DNA from: Synechococcus sp.
GTDB lineage: Bacteria; Cyanobacteriota; Cyanobacteriia; PCC-6307; Cyanobiaceae
Direction of reading: 5' to 3'
Assembly: GCA_047284725.1 (NCBI GenBank)
Contig: JBJBEO010000001.1
Location: 1,752,203 to 1,816,202 of the forward strand
Length of the DNA stretch: 64,000 bases
Below are positions 19,075 to 28,210 of this stretch, in pieces. A program made the translations under genes and the position numbers. Below the pieces are notes generated by a model, which saw nothing but the letters and a program-made list of their open reading frames with translations, was not told the DNA's origin and did no database searches. How positions within the stretch are numbered: position 1 is the first letter of the stretch; each line of letters starts with the position of its first letter.

Positions 19075-19913
19075 TGGCACCAGCCACCGACTCCACGCCC
19101 CCTCTGCTGCTGATCCACCCCATCGGCGTGGGCCTCTCCTCCCGCTTCTGGGACCGGTTCATCCGGCGCTGGCACCAGGAGGATCCGGAGGCCGTGCTGC
19201 TGGCACCGGATCTGATCGGCTGCGGTGACGCCGCCTGCAGCACGGATCCACTCACGCCCGACGACTGGGCGACACCGCTGGCGGCCCTGCTGCGGGAGCG
19301 CAACGGCGACCCTGTGGTGCTCGTCAGCCAGGGCACCTCGCTGCCGATCGCCCTGGCCCTGCTGGAGCTGGTGCCTGAGCAGGTGTGCGGACTGGTGGCG
19401 GTCAGTCCACCGGGATGGCGGGTGCTGCATGAGACCTTTCCGCTCGAGCGATCACGTCGGCTCTGGCGCTGGCTGTTCAGCGGCCCGATCGGGGCCCTCT
19501 TCTATCGCTATGCGCGGCGGCGCAGCTTCCTGCAGTCCTTCTCCCGCAAGAACCTGTTTGCCGAAGCGGAGGGCGTCGATGAGGAGTGGCTGCAGACCCT
19601 GCGCGAGGGGTCGCGGGCGATGAACACCCGCTGGGCCGTGTTCTCCTTCCTGGCGGGCTTCTGGCGGCGCGACTGGGAACCCCAGCTCACCGGCCTGACC
19701 CTGCCGTTGCAGGTGGTGTTCGGACGCTCGGCCACGGGCATCGGCCGGTCCCGCAGCTGGGACGATCTCGACGAACGTCTCGCCACTTACCGCCAGAAGC
19801 TGCCGGATGCGGTGATCGACACCATCCCCGGCCGCAACGTGCTGCCCTACGAATCCGCCGATGCCTGCGTCAGCTGCGTGCGCCGCTGGGTCACGGAGCA
19901 GCCGTGGCCTTGA
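19074..19913 (+). CDS. Alpha/beta-fold hydrolase-like protein
   Basis: LLLIHPIGVG, APDLIGCG, GRNVLPYE. Canonical GxSxG nucleophile motif absent. Confidence 0.8.
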   Translation: MAPATDSTPPLLLIHPIGVGLSSRFWDRFIRRWHQEDPEAVLLAPDLIGCGDAACSTDPLTPDDWATPLAALLRERNGDPVVLVSQGTSLPIALALLELVPEQVCGLVAVSPPGWRVLHETFPLERSRRLWRWLFSGPIGALFYRYARRRSFLQSFSRKNLFAEAEGVDEEWLQTLREGSRAMNTRWAVFSFLAGFWRRDWEPQLTGLTLPLQVVFGRSATGIGRSRSWDDLDERLATYRQKLPDAVIDTIPGRNVLPYESADACVSCVRRWVTEQPWP

Positions 19914-21291
19914 GCGTCTCCACCTGCAGCTGCACAGGGGTGGTGGGCCCCAGGGTGAAGCCACGCCGACGCGGCAGATTCTCACGGTCGCTGGCCGGGG
20001 TGAGTCGATAGCTGCCCGCGCGCAGGAGGCTCGCCAGGATCAGCTTCATCTCATAAACGGCCAGAGCCGCGCCGATGCAGCGCCTGGAGCCGCCCCCGAA
20101 GCTCAGGAACTCATGGGCGCCGAAGTTGCGCTCCAGGAAACGGTCGGGATTGAAGCGCAGCGGGTCGGGGTACAGGTCACCGCGCTCATGCAGGGACTGA
20201 ATCGAGACCATCAGCACGTCGCCGGGATCGAAGGCAAAGCCCCCCAGCGTGACGGGGGCTTTCACCCGACGCGGAAACATCAGCATCGCCACCGGATGAA
20301 TCCGCAGCACCTCATTCACCACCGCTGAGAGATAGGGCAGGCGGGCGATCGCATCGGGATCGGCGGGGTCGGGCAGGGTGTTGAGCTCCTCCAGCAGACG
20401 CTCCCGCACCGCGGGCGTGCGGTGCAACCAGTGAAGCGCCCAGGTCAACGCCGTAGCCGTGGTCTCATGGCCGGCGAACAGCAGGGTGAGCAGTTCGTCG
20501 TGCAGCTCGTCATCGCTCAATCCCTCACCCTGGTCATCGGTGCAGGCCAGCAGCAGGCTGAGGATGTCGGCCGAGCGCTCCTCAGCGCAGGCGCGCTCCA
20601 CCTCGGCCCGACGCGCGGCGATCTGCGCCAGCAGCTGCCGACGGGTGGAGGCATCCAAGGCCCTGAGCCGTCCCCCCGGACTCCAGGGCCCCAGATCCCT
20701 TCTCAGGAATGGGAAGAACAACAGCAGGGAGCCCAACCGGCTGGAACGGATGTCCATCCCTTCGTGCAGCGAGCGCTCCAGCCGGCGCATCGCCTCCCCT
20801 TCATGCAGCCCGAACACGGCGGTGAGAATCACCCGCATGGTGATGCTCTGCATTCGCGTGCGTGCATCAAAGGCATCCCCCGGCTGCAGGTCGGCCATCG
20901 CCTGCTCCGCCAGCGCCGTGATCAGGCGACCGAAGGCCTTGAGCCGTTCGCCATGGAACGGCGGCGTGAGCAGCTTGCGGCGCTGGCGATGGGGCGCGGG
21001 CTCCAGCAGGATGATCGAGTGCTTGCCCAGCACCTGCGACAGCAAACCATTGAGACTCCCTGGCGCACTGATGGCCGGGCCGCCATCCTCATTGATCAGA
21101 TCCTTGATCACCGCCGGATCGCTGATCAGCACCTGCTGGGGGGGCAGCGTCGGAGACATCCGCACCCGCACCACCCCCGGATGCTGACGGAAACAACGGC
21201 GGTAGTAGGCGATCGGCCGCAGGATCACCTCCAGCATCTGCCAATGCGGTGCCAGCGACAGCTCCGGAATCCGCTTGGCGTCAGCGTGCAT
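19891..21291 (-). CDS. Cytochrome P450
   Basis: AGHETT, EVLR, PDRF and the heme motif FGGGSRRCIG. Confidence 0.95.
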   Translation of the reverse strand: MHADAKRIPELSLAPHWQMLEVILRPIAYYRRCFRQHPGVVRVRMSPTLPPQQVLISDPAVIKDLINEDGGPAISAPGSLNGLLSQVLGKHSIILLEPAPHRQRRKLLTPPFHGERLKAFGRLITALAEQAMADLQPGDAFDARTRMQSITMRVILTAVFGLHEGEAMRRLERSLHEGMDIRSSRLGSLLLFFPFLRRDLGPWSPGGRLRALDASTRRQLLAQIAARRAEVERACAEERSADILSLLLACTDDQGEGLSDDELHDELLTLLFAGHETTATALTWALHWLHRTPAVRERLLEELNTLPDPADPDAIARLPYLSAVVNEVLRIHPVAMLMFPRRVKAPVTLGGFAFDPGDVLMVSIQSLHERGDLYPDPLRFNPDRFLERNFGAHEFLSFGGGSRRCIGAALAVYEMKLILASLLRAGSYRLTPASDRENLPRRRGFTLGPTTPVQLQVETLKATAAP

Positions 21292-21343
21292 CGATCTCAA
21301 GAACAACCCCGAAAAAGCCTAAGGACCACAGCCGGGCAGTGAT

Positions 21344-21823
21344 TCAATAACGGGCCCCATCTCGCAACAGGCGGAAGTCAGTCCACACTGCACAGGCTTC
21401 ATCCTGAAGAATCTGGGTGAGCTGAATCTGCCGTTGATCGCCTGGTTGCTGCAGGTCGTCGTTGATCGCCTGATCCGAAAACAGATCGGCATAGTCCGAC
21501 CAGGCCGCTGCATAGAACACGCTGCGGATCCCTGCCCAGTAGGCAGCGGAATAACACATCGGGCAGCATTCACAGCTGGAATACAGCACGCAACCGCTCA
21601 GATCCCACGTGCCCAGAACGTTGCAGGCGGCACGGATCGCATTGATCTCGGCGTGGGCCGTGGGATCGCGATCCTGCACCACGCTGTTGCCGGCCGCGGC
21701 CACCACCTGGCCGTCCCTGGCGATCACGGCACCGAAGGGGCCTCCTGTTTTGTGCACCACGCCTGCCTCACGCATCAGACGGATGGCTTCCCGCATCAGA
21801 CGCCGATCCTGCTTGGATGCCAT
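21344..21823 (-). CDS. guaD: Guanine/nucleoside deaminase (CDA fold)
   Basis: GGPFGAVI, DPTAHAE, CECCPMC. Confidence 0.85.
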   Translation of the reverse strand: MASKQDRRLMREAIRLMREAGVVHKTGGPFGAVIARDGQVVAAAGNSVVQDRDPTAHAEINAIRAACNVLGTWDLSGCVLYSSCECCPMCYSAAYWAGIRSVFYAAAWSDYADLFSDQAINDDLQQPGDQRQIQLTQILQDEACAVWTDFRLLRDGARY

Positions 21824-21984
21824 CGATCCGCCCTCTGGCTCACGCACCATCGTGCCGAGATCGGCAGGAGAGAACAACACAATCGCCCTCCAATCGATGC
21901 AGGCCTGTTGAGCACTTTTGCTCAAGTCAGTGCCAGGCCACCACGACTAGACAGTGATCGCGGTGTGGGTGGCATCAAGACACA

Positions 21985-22066
21985 GCCCCTTTGCCGCCTG
22001 CGGAGCCATCAATCCAAGCGCTCCGCGTCAGGTCACCTTGTCCCCGACGCTTCTCCAGACCGGGGC
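21985..22066 (-). ncRNA. Candidate structured cis-regulatory RNA upstream of the deaminase
   Basis: Folded by eye on the minus strand: GCCCC/GGGGC, GUCUG/CAGGC, GCGUCGGG/CCUGACGC and GGAGC/GCUCC form a multistem junction. Confidence 0.35.
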
Positions 22067-22425
22067 GGTGACCCCTGGCCAGTCACCGGGGAATTCTTCA
22101 CTTGCGTTTCCCATAGCTCGCGGTTCCACAACTTTCTGGCGTGTTAATTCACAACTCACGATGTAGGCCCACTCCCCATGCAGAACAGCTCTTCTCACTG
22201 CAGACCATCCACGATTGAAGCGCTCGGGGATTCGCACTTCCGTGTCTGCGGAGAACAAGGCTGCGTGATTGTGAAGGGGTGGAACAATGCTCAGTATCTG
22301 AGCCGCCATGCCAACGATGGGGCCCTGCAAAGTCGCTACCGATTTGAAGATTGAGGGGCTGGCAAGGGCCGCAATCATGCACGATTCGGACCAACGCCAC
22401 CAGCCTGATCGACAACAGTGGGTGA

Positions 22426-22695
22426 ATGCGTCCTCGACCGCCTAGCACTGCATATCGCCAGACGGACGTTCCCACTGGGGGCTGGCTGGTGAATGGCAGA
22501 AGTCGGGAACTGCTGCACTTCAAGCCTGTGCACAACGGCAGCTGCGACTGGATCGAGCTGCGCTGTTTCCACTGGGTTCCTCCCCATCCACCCGTTCCCC
22601 AGAACCGCCGTCTGATCTCACTCGAAGACGCCATGGAGCACTGGAGTCAACTCCGCTCCCGTGGCTGGCGAAGGGTGCAGCCGAGCACGTTTTGA
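22426..22695 (+). CDS. DUF1651-like protein
   Basis: GWLVNG...LLHF...RRLISLEDAMEHWSQLRSRGWRRVQP. Confidence 0.75.
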   Translation: MRPRPPSTAYRQTDVPTGGWLVNGRSRELLHFKPVHNGSCDWIELRCFHWVPPHPPVPQNRRLISLEDAMEHWSQLRSRGWRRVQPSTF

Positions 22696-22815
22696 GCCGC
22701 TCACCAGCAAGACACAACGATCTGCCATTGCTGACAACCGCCCGCTTTCGTACCAAACAACACGCAGGTAGCCAGTCAGGGTTCGCCAGGGTGCGGCCAC
22801 CTGACCGTTGCACCG

Positions 22816-23232
22816 ATGTCGATCCATCGAACCGTTGAAATTCTTCCCCGTTCGGGCCTCCAGGCCGGCGTCGCCTTTTTCAGCGACCCCCTGCCAAGCG
22901 ATGCAACGCTCATCGCCGAAGTCCCCTCATCAGACCGTCCCCAACTGTTCTGCCACCGCCGACAGACCGATCAATTGATGGTGATGCGCGGCAGCTTCGA
23001 TCTGATCGTGTTGCAGAACCGCCGCTTACGCCGCATCACCCTGCGGGAAGACGACGCCACCTGGGTCCGCATTCCCGCAGGGGTTCCCCATGGTGCGATC
23101 AACCGCAGCTGCCAGGCGGCCGTGATGGTGAATGCGGTCCTGCGCCACGGACCGAGCGATCCGCGCGACTACCTGCCGCGCCCCGTGCCCCAGGCCCTTC
23201 GCCAGCAGTGGGATGCCTTGATCGCGAGCTAG
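22816..23232 (+). CDS. Cupin (dTDP-sugar epimerase-like) protein
   Basis: FCHRRQTDQL and IPAGVPHGAIN cupin motifs. Confidence 0.8.
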   Translation: MSIHRTVEILPRSGLQAGVAFFSDPLPSDATLIAEVPSSDRPQLFCHRRQTDQLMVMRGSFDLIVLQNRRLRRITLREDDATWVRIPAGVPHGAINRSCQAAVMVNAVLRHGPSDPRDYLPRPVPQALRQQWDALIAS

Positions 23233-23365
23233 GACACCGCACCAACAGCCATGGCCTGGCGCCCCCCGGTCAGCGACCACTGACGTGGCAGCGCTGAAAC
23301 GGTAGGCATCGCTGCACACGATCCAACGCCGGAATCGTTACAACATGTGCAGTTGAAAGGCGGTT

Positions 23366-24214
23366 ATGGCGGTTTATGGGGTAATCGGCTGCGGCTACGT
23401 CGGCAGCGACGTGGCCGTGAGATTCCGCCATGCAGGGCATCACGTGATCGGAACCACCCGCTCCCGGGAGCGCATGGACGAACTCCAGGACCTGGTGCAC
23501 GAAGCGCATCAACTGGACATCACGGATGCCGAGGCGGATCTCTCCTTTCTCGAACATCTCGATGGGCTGCTGATCAGCGCAGCCCCCACCCAGCAGAGCG
23601 AGGGCTACAACGGCGTCTTCGCCCGCGGACTTCGCAACCTCAGCCGTGCCCTGCGCTGCCGCCGCAGCACCAGAGACCTGCACGTGACCCTGATCAGCAG
23701 CGCCGGCGTCTATGGCAACCAGCAGGGCAACGGCGTGGATGAAGACTCCACCCCCGACCACAGCCATCCGGTCAATGCCCTGCTGGCCTCCGCGGAGGAC
23801 CTGCTGCTGAACATCGACCGACCAGACACGAAGGTCTGCATCCTGCGCCTGGGCGGCATCTATGGACCGGGACGCGACATGGTGGCGATGATTCGGCGCG
23901 CCGCAGGCCAGCAGGTCCCCAAGAACGGCAATGCCATTCCTGCCTGGAGCTCCATCATCGACATCACCCGCGGGGTGCACTTCGCCTTTGATCAAGGCCT
24001 CGAGGGCATCTACAACCTGGTCGACGACATGCAGCTCTCCCGCCGCGAACTGTCAACGGTGATCTGTGATCGCGAGGGGCTGCCTCCTGTGCTGTGGGGC
24101 CACCACGAACCGGCAGGCGCTCGCATGATGAATGCCCGGGTGTCGAACGCGAAGATCAAAGCCGCCGGCTTCAGCTTCGAGTCGCCCTCTATGCTGGTGC
24201 CGGAATCGGTGTAA
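23366..24214 (+). CDS. NAD-dependent epimerase/dehydratase (atypical SDR)
   Basis: GCGYVG, ISSAGVYG, LRLGGIYGPGR, VSNAKIK. Confidence 0.9.
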   Translation: MAVYGVIGCGYVGSDVAVRFRHAGHHVIGTTRSRERMDELQDLVHEAHQLDITDAEADLSFLEHLDGLLISAAPTQQSEGYNGVFARGLRNLSRALRCRRSTRDLHVTLISSAGVYGNQQGNGVDEDSTPDHSHPVNALLASAEDLLLNIDRPDTKVCILRLGGIYGPGRDMVAMIRRAAGQQVPKNGNAIPAWSSIIDITRGVHFAFDQGLEGIYNLVDDMQLSRRELSTVICDREGLPPVLWGHHEPAGARMMNARVSNAKIKAAGFSFESPSMLVPESV

Positions 24215-24481
24215 GCCCATGTGAGCATCCGGTCGCCGCAGACTCAGGATGGCTTCATGCCCTGAATAGCTACCATTTTCAGCAGGGAAATCTGTCGATC
24301 CAATTCGAACAGATCAAGCGTCAGCCACCAATAATCTCACTGGAATCCGGCGAAGTCGTTACCAAAATAGTGCCGCTGCCTTAGAGAATCTTAACAAGAT
24401 CTTGGACGAGCAATAACTTATATTTCCGCCCCGAATTGGACCTTCATTAATGCATAAGGTTCGAAAAACAGATGGGCATAC

Positions 24482-25222
24482 GTGAAGCCAGCCAGCATTC
24501 CCGAGAATGAATCTGAGCGACTGAAAGCCCTCAGCGAATACAAGATCCTGGGCACCAAGCCCGAGCAGTCATACGACGACATCACCTCGATGGCTTCCCT
24601 GGTCTGTGGCACCCCCATCGCCCTGCTCAGCCTGGTGGACGTTGATCGGCAATGGTTCAAATCAAAAGTGGGCGTGACCGTGGATGAAACGCCGAGGGAT
24701 TGGTCGTTTTGCGCCCATGCGATTCACGCCCCTGACCCCCTGATCGTCCACGATGCCCTCTGGGATGAACGCTTCCACGACAACCCACTGGTGTGCGGTG
24801 ATCCGAAGATTCGCTTCTATGCAGGTTTCCCGCTGACCAATGGAGCCGAGGAGCGCATCGGCACCCTCTGCGTGATTGATCGCCAACCCAAGCATCTCTC
24901 AGAGACGCAGGTAACCATCATGTCCTCCCTCACCCGCCAGGTGATGGCGTTTCTTGATCTGAGGAAACGGTCGCTCCACCTTCTGGAATCGTTCTGCTCT
25001 CTGGACAAACCCCCAGGGATGATTTCCACCTGCAGCTACTGCCGCAAAGCCAGAAATGATCGAGGCCAGTGGGTGTTTCTTGATCAATACCTGAGCCAGC
25101 ACAGTGATCTGCACTTCTCCCATGGCATCTGCGATGGCTGCATCGAAGAGCATTTCCCTGAAGTCGTGAATGCTTGGCAGGCGGAGGAACAGGCGCATCG
25201 TCATGCCCACCAACCGGGTTGA
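24482..25222 (+). CDS. GAF-domain protein with C-terminal Cys/His motif
   Basis: ENESERLKAL..Y.IL, RQWFKS, SFCAHAI, RFYAGFPL, GTLCVID; CSYC...SHGIC..C. Confidence 0.88.
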   Translation: MKPASIPENESERLKALSEYKILGTKPEQSYDDITSMASLVCGTPIALLSLVDVDRQWFKSKVGVTVDETPRDWSFCAHAIHAPDPLIVHDALWDERFHDNPLVCGDPKIRFYAGFPLTNGAEERIGTLCVIDRQPKHLSETQVTIMSSLTRQVMAFLDLRKRSLHLLESFCSLDKPPGMISTCSYCRKARNDRGQWVFLDQYLSQHSDLHFSHGICDGCIEEHFPEVVNAWQAEEQAHRHAHQPG

Positions 25223-25236
25223 CCGGTGGAGTCCGG

Positions 25237-25404
25237 CTAGAAACCGCCCAGGGAGATCGACATCTGCAGGCTTGTGAACCCGACCAGAAACACGGCCCCC
25301 AGAAGCACCAGTTCCTGCCGGCTGTTCGCCATCAACAACACGGCTGCCCCGACCACCAGGGCCCCAAAAAACACGAATGGGATCTGCAGCTCGATCGCGA
25401 TCAC
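25237..25404 (-). CDS. Small two-TM membrane protein (55 aa, not in the ORF track)
   Basis: GTG start; MIAIELQIPFVFFGALVVGAAVLLMANSRQELVLLGAVFLVGFTSLQMSISLGGF*. Confidence 0.5.
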   Translation of the reverse strand: MIAIELQIPFVFFGALVVGAAVLLMANSRQELVLLGAVFLVGFTSLQMSISLGGF

Positions 25405-25434
25405 CTAGTGCCTGGCACCACCCTGACATGGCTT

Positions 25435-25466
25435 TGTTACGCAAATGTCATGACATCTGCGTAACA
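25435..25466. repeat. 32-bp near-perfect palindrome
   Basis: TGTTACGCAAATGTCATGACATCTGCGTAACA, with one mismatched pair. Confidence 0.85.
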
Positions 25467-25489
25467 GCAGGCATTCCGGCGCCATCACT

Positions 25490-26488
25490 TCAAGTTTCTT
25501 TACGCCCCCGCGGCGAAACGGGGCCGCTGCAGCGGTCGATCAGCATCTCCGACAGACGCCACAACGCAGCAGCCTGATCAACATCGGCACCGTCTGGGCT
25601 GGTGGCCCGCGCCTCAAAGCGGTGCACACCCGGACGCACCAGACGATTGCTGAAGTACATGAAGCCAGGGCTGGCAAAGGCCGCCTCCACCGCAAGCTCC
25701 GCCAGCAGCCGCCCGGCCGTCTGTACCGATTCGGTCAGCCGCAGCAGGTCGCGAGCCACGGCGGCGAACAGCGCCATGCCCACCGGATTGCTCTGGCGGC
25801 TGTAGCGGAAGAATCCCTCACGGCACCGGGGAATCACGAGGCCCGGGCTCCAGGCGATCACCGGCATGGCCCCCTCCAGTTGGCGGGCAAGCGCACGGCC
25901 CAGCAGCACGTTGCAGAGCTTGCTGTCCTTGTAGGCCTTGTCGCCGTCAAAACGAGCACTGCCATCCAGCATCACAAAGCCAGCACCGGAGCGCAGCCCC
26001 GCCAGATCGCCCAGGTGAGCCGGCTGGCCGACCCGGCCACCGCCCGTGGCGGGGTCGTGCACATCCGATGCCGTGATCACCAGCCGAGGCTGCTCGCCGG
26101 CCTGCAACAACGGCAGCAGTCGGGTGGCGATCAACTGATGGGCTAGCTGATTCACCGCAAACGTGATCTCGATCCCCTGGGGGGAGAACACAGGCTCCGC
26201 AGCGCCAGCGCGCTGCTGACCGGCATTGAGCACGAGTGCATCGAACGGTTGGCCCTGCACCAACAACTGCTGGCAGCCGCGCTCCACACTCGCCAGATCC
26301 GCCAGGTCCATGGCGATGCAAACGATCTGGCTGGAATCGACGGCCGCAGAAAGCAACTGCTGGCGCATCTGTTCGCATCGTTCCTCCGACCGGCAGACCA
26401 AGGTGAGCTGATGGCCAGCGGTGGCCAGCAAGCGCGCCGCCTCGAGGCCGATGCCCGAACTGGCGCCGGTGATCAGAAGCCGCTTCAT
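25490..26488 (-). CDS. SDR oxidoreductase (protochlorophyllide reductase-like)
   Basis: TGASSGIG, LNAG, AYKDSKLCN. Confidence 0.88.
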   Translation of the reverse strand: MKRLLITGASSGIGLEAARLLATAGHQLTLVCRSEERCEQMRQQLLSAAVDSSQIVCIAMDLADLASVERGCQQLLVQGQPFDALVLNAGQQRAGAAEPVFSPQGIEITFAVNQLAHQLIATRLLPLLQAGEQPRLVITASDVHDPATGGGRVGQPAHLGDLAGLRSGAGFVMLDGSARFDGDKAYKDSKLCNVLLGRALARQLEGAMPVIAWSPGLVIPRCREGFFRYSRQSNPVGMALFAAVARDLLRLTESVQTAGRLLAELAVEAAFASPGFMYFSNRLVRPGVHRFEARATSPDGADVDQAAALWRLSEMLIDRCSGPVSPRGRKET

Positions 26489-26602
26489 GACCACAGAGGA
26501 TCCAGTGCCACGACTGTGACAGCTCCGCGGAGCCTGGTGCGAGGTAGACACCGGCACAACCAGGGCGCGATAGCTACCAAGTCAATAAGCTCACCTGCGC
26601 CC

Positions 26603-27448
26603 ATGGCCAAGGACTGGATCGGCTCCGCAGCGCTATCGCTCACACTGGCCCTGATTCCCGGCATCCCCGTTGGTGCACAGCCCACCCCCCCATGCGACGC
26701 CGGCCCTGGGTCGCCCGCCGACGTGCCCGAGGTGAGGCCGGGTCTCCTCAAGGGCTATCTCGCGAAGGAGACCATGGCCGATGCCCTGGCGCTTGTGGGA
26801 GAGCCACCGGCACCGGGCAGTGCTGCAGAAGCCCTGGATCAAGCCACGGCCAAAGCCAGCTTTCCCCTGCGAAACACGGCCCGCTGGACCCTGGCGGCGA
26901 AGGATGCCGACCTGCACTTTCCCGGTGTCGCCATGCAGTTCTCCTGCGCCCTTGGCGTCCCGATCAGCCCAATGGAGACACCCAGGCTGCTCATGCTGAT
27001 GCGCCGCAGCCTTACGGACCTGGGGCTCTCCACCTACCCCGCCAAAAACCTCTACGAACGTCGTCGGCCCTACCTGGTGAATAGCCAACCCATCTGCACG
27101 CCAGACGATGAACCCGCCTTGCGCGGGGATGGCTCCTACCCGTCAGGCCACACAGCGGTGGGTTGGGGTTGGGGGTTGATCCTCAGCACGATCGCGCCTG
27201 AACGCAGCGACGCACTGATCGCGAGGGGACGGGCCTACGGCGAGAGCCGCAATGTCTGCAATGTGCATTGGCTCTCGGATGTGCAAGCCGGTGCGTTGAT
27301 GGGCACCGCCACCACGGCCCGTCTGCACGCCGATCCAGTCTTCCAGGCGGATCTGCGGGCTGCACGCCAGGAAGTGCAGGCCCTCAGAGTCCAACAGGCC
27401 CAACCGAACGGCGACTGCGCCCTCGAGCGGGAGGCCCTGACGCGCTAG
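26603..27448 (+). CDS. Class A non-specific acid phosphatase (PAP2)
   Basis: KNLYERRRP, SYPSGH, SRNVCNVHWLSD; signal peptide. Confidence 0.92.
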   Translation: MAKDWIGSAALSLTLALIPGIPVGAQPTPPCDAGPGSPADVPEVRPGLLKGYLAKETMADALALVGEPPAPGSAAEALDQATAKASFPLRNTARWTLAAKDADLHFPGVAMQFSCALGVPISPMETPRLLMLMRRSLTDLGLSTYPAKNLYERRRPYLVNSQPICTPDDEPALRGDGSYPSGHTAVGWGWGLILSTIAPERSDALIARGRAYGESRNVCNVHWLSDVQAGALMGTATTARLHADPVFQADLRAARQEVQALRVQQAQPNGDCALEREALTR

Positions 27449-27649
27449 CCGCCAGGCGTCAGCCACAACCAAGGGCTTGATTGCAACGGATCGAGCCTGG
27501 ATTCAGGCCCAACACCATCGGTCCCTGACGATCAAGATTGCTTTTTATTGAACGAGCATTGAGAAACTTTTCGCGACGAAAATTCGGCACAAAGAAGTGT
27601 GTCGTGAGTTTTTGTTTACTGAAGACATTTCACAGATCTCGCCGACTGC

Positions 27650-28165
27650 ATGGAAAGTGGCGTCCTCTCCATGCAGACCGTGATGACATCTGAGTCACCG
27701 AATGATGCAGGCAGTGGCTTGCCCTTCAAGGAACCCGTTCAGGCAGCCAGTGATGCGGCAGATCCCATCCCAATGCCATCGGAGCCTGGTCAAATCAGCC
27801 GTCAGGCCGACGGCGATGAGAGTGAGGAGCCCGCTGAAGCGAGTCTCCAACAATTACTGAACTACCTCAGACAGGGGCTTGAGTCCCTGAAGGGGCTCAA
27901 TCTGCAGGGGTTTCAGCAGATCTATCCAGCCGTTCTGTCGATCTTTGGCGCCGTGATCGCCGCATTGATGTTGGTGATCGTGGCCAATCTTCTGCAGTCC
28001 ATCCATCAGCTGCCGCTGATTGGCGGCGTGCTGAGCGGGATCTTTGAGCTGTGCGGCGTCGTGGCCTTGACCCGCTTCACAGTCTCCAACCTCTTGCTGC
28101 AGCAGAAAAGGGCCGACTTGTTCGTGCGGATTGCCCAGCTCAAAAAAGAGCTGATTGGTGAGTAG
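27650..28165 (+). CDS. CAAD/CURT1-like membrane protein
   Basis: C-terminal LLQSIHQLPLIGGVLSGIFELCG...NLLLQQKRADL. Confidence 0.75.
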   Translation: MESGVLSMQTVMTSESPNDAGSGLPFKEPVQAASDAADPIPMPSEPGQISRQADGDESEEPAEASLQQLLNYLRQGLESLKGLNLQGFQQIYPAVLSIFGAVIAALMLVIVANLLQSIHQLPLIGGVLSGIFELCGVVALTRFTVSNLLLQQKRADLFVRIAQLKKELIGE

Positions 28166-28210
28166 ATGCCGCGCCATCCCTCATCACAACGATGCGTCAG
28201 GAGCGTCTGA

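Noticed and set aside
17320..19080. 586-aa minus-strand ORF (also 16016-17359)
   Set aside because: Antisense shadows of ggt and the alcohol dehydrogenase.
24380..24410. Possible Pho-box-like CTTA repeats upstream of the GAF gene
   Set aside because: Irregular spacing and a weak match.
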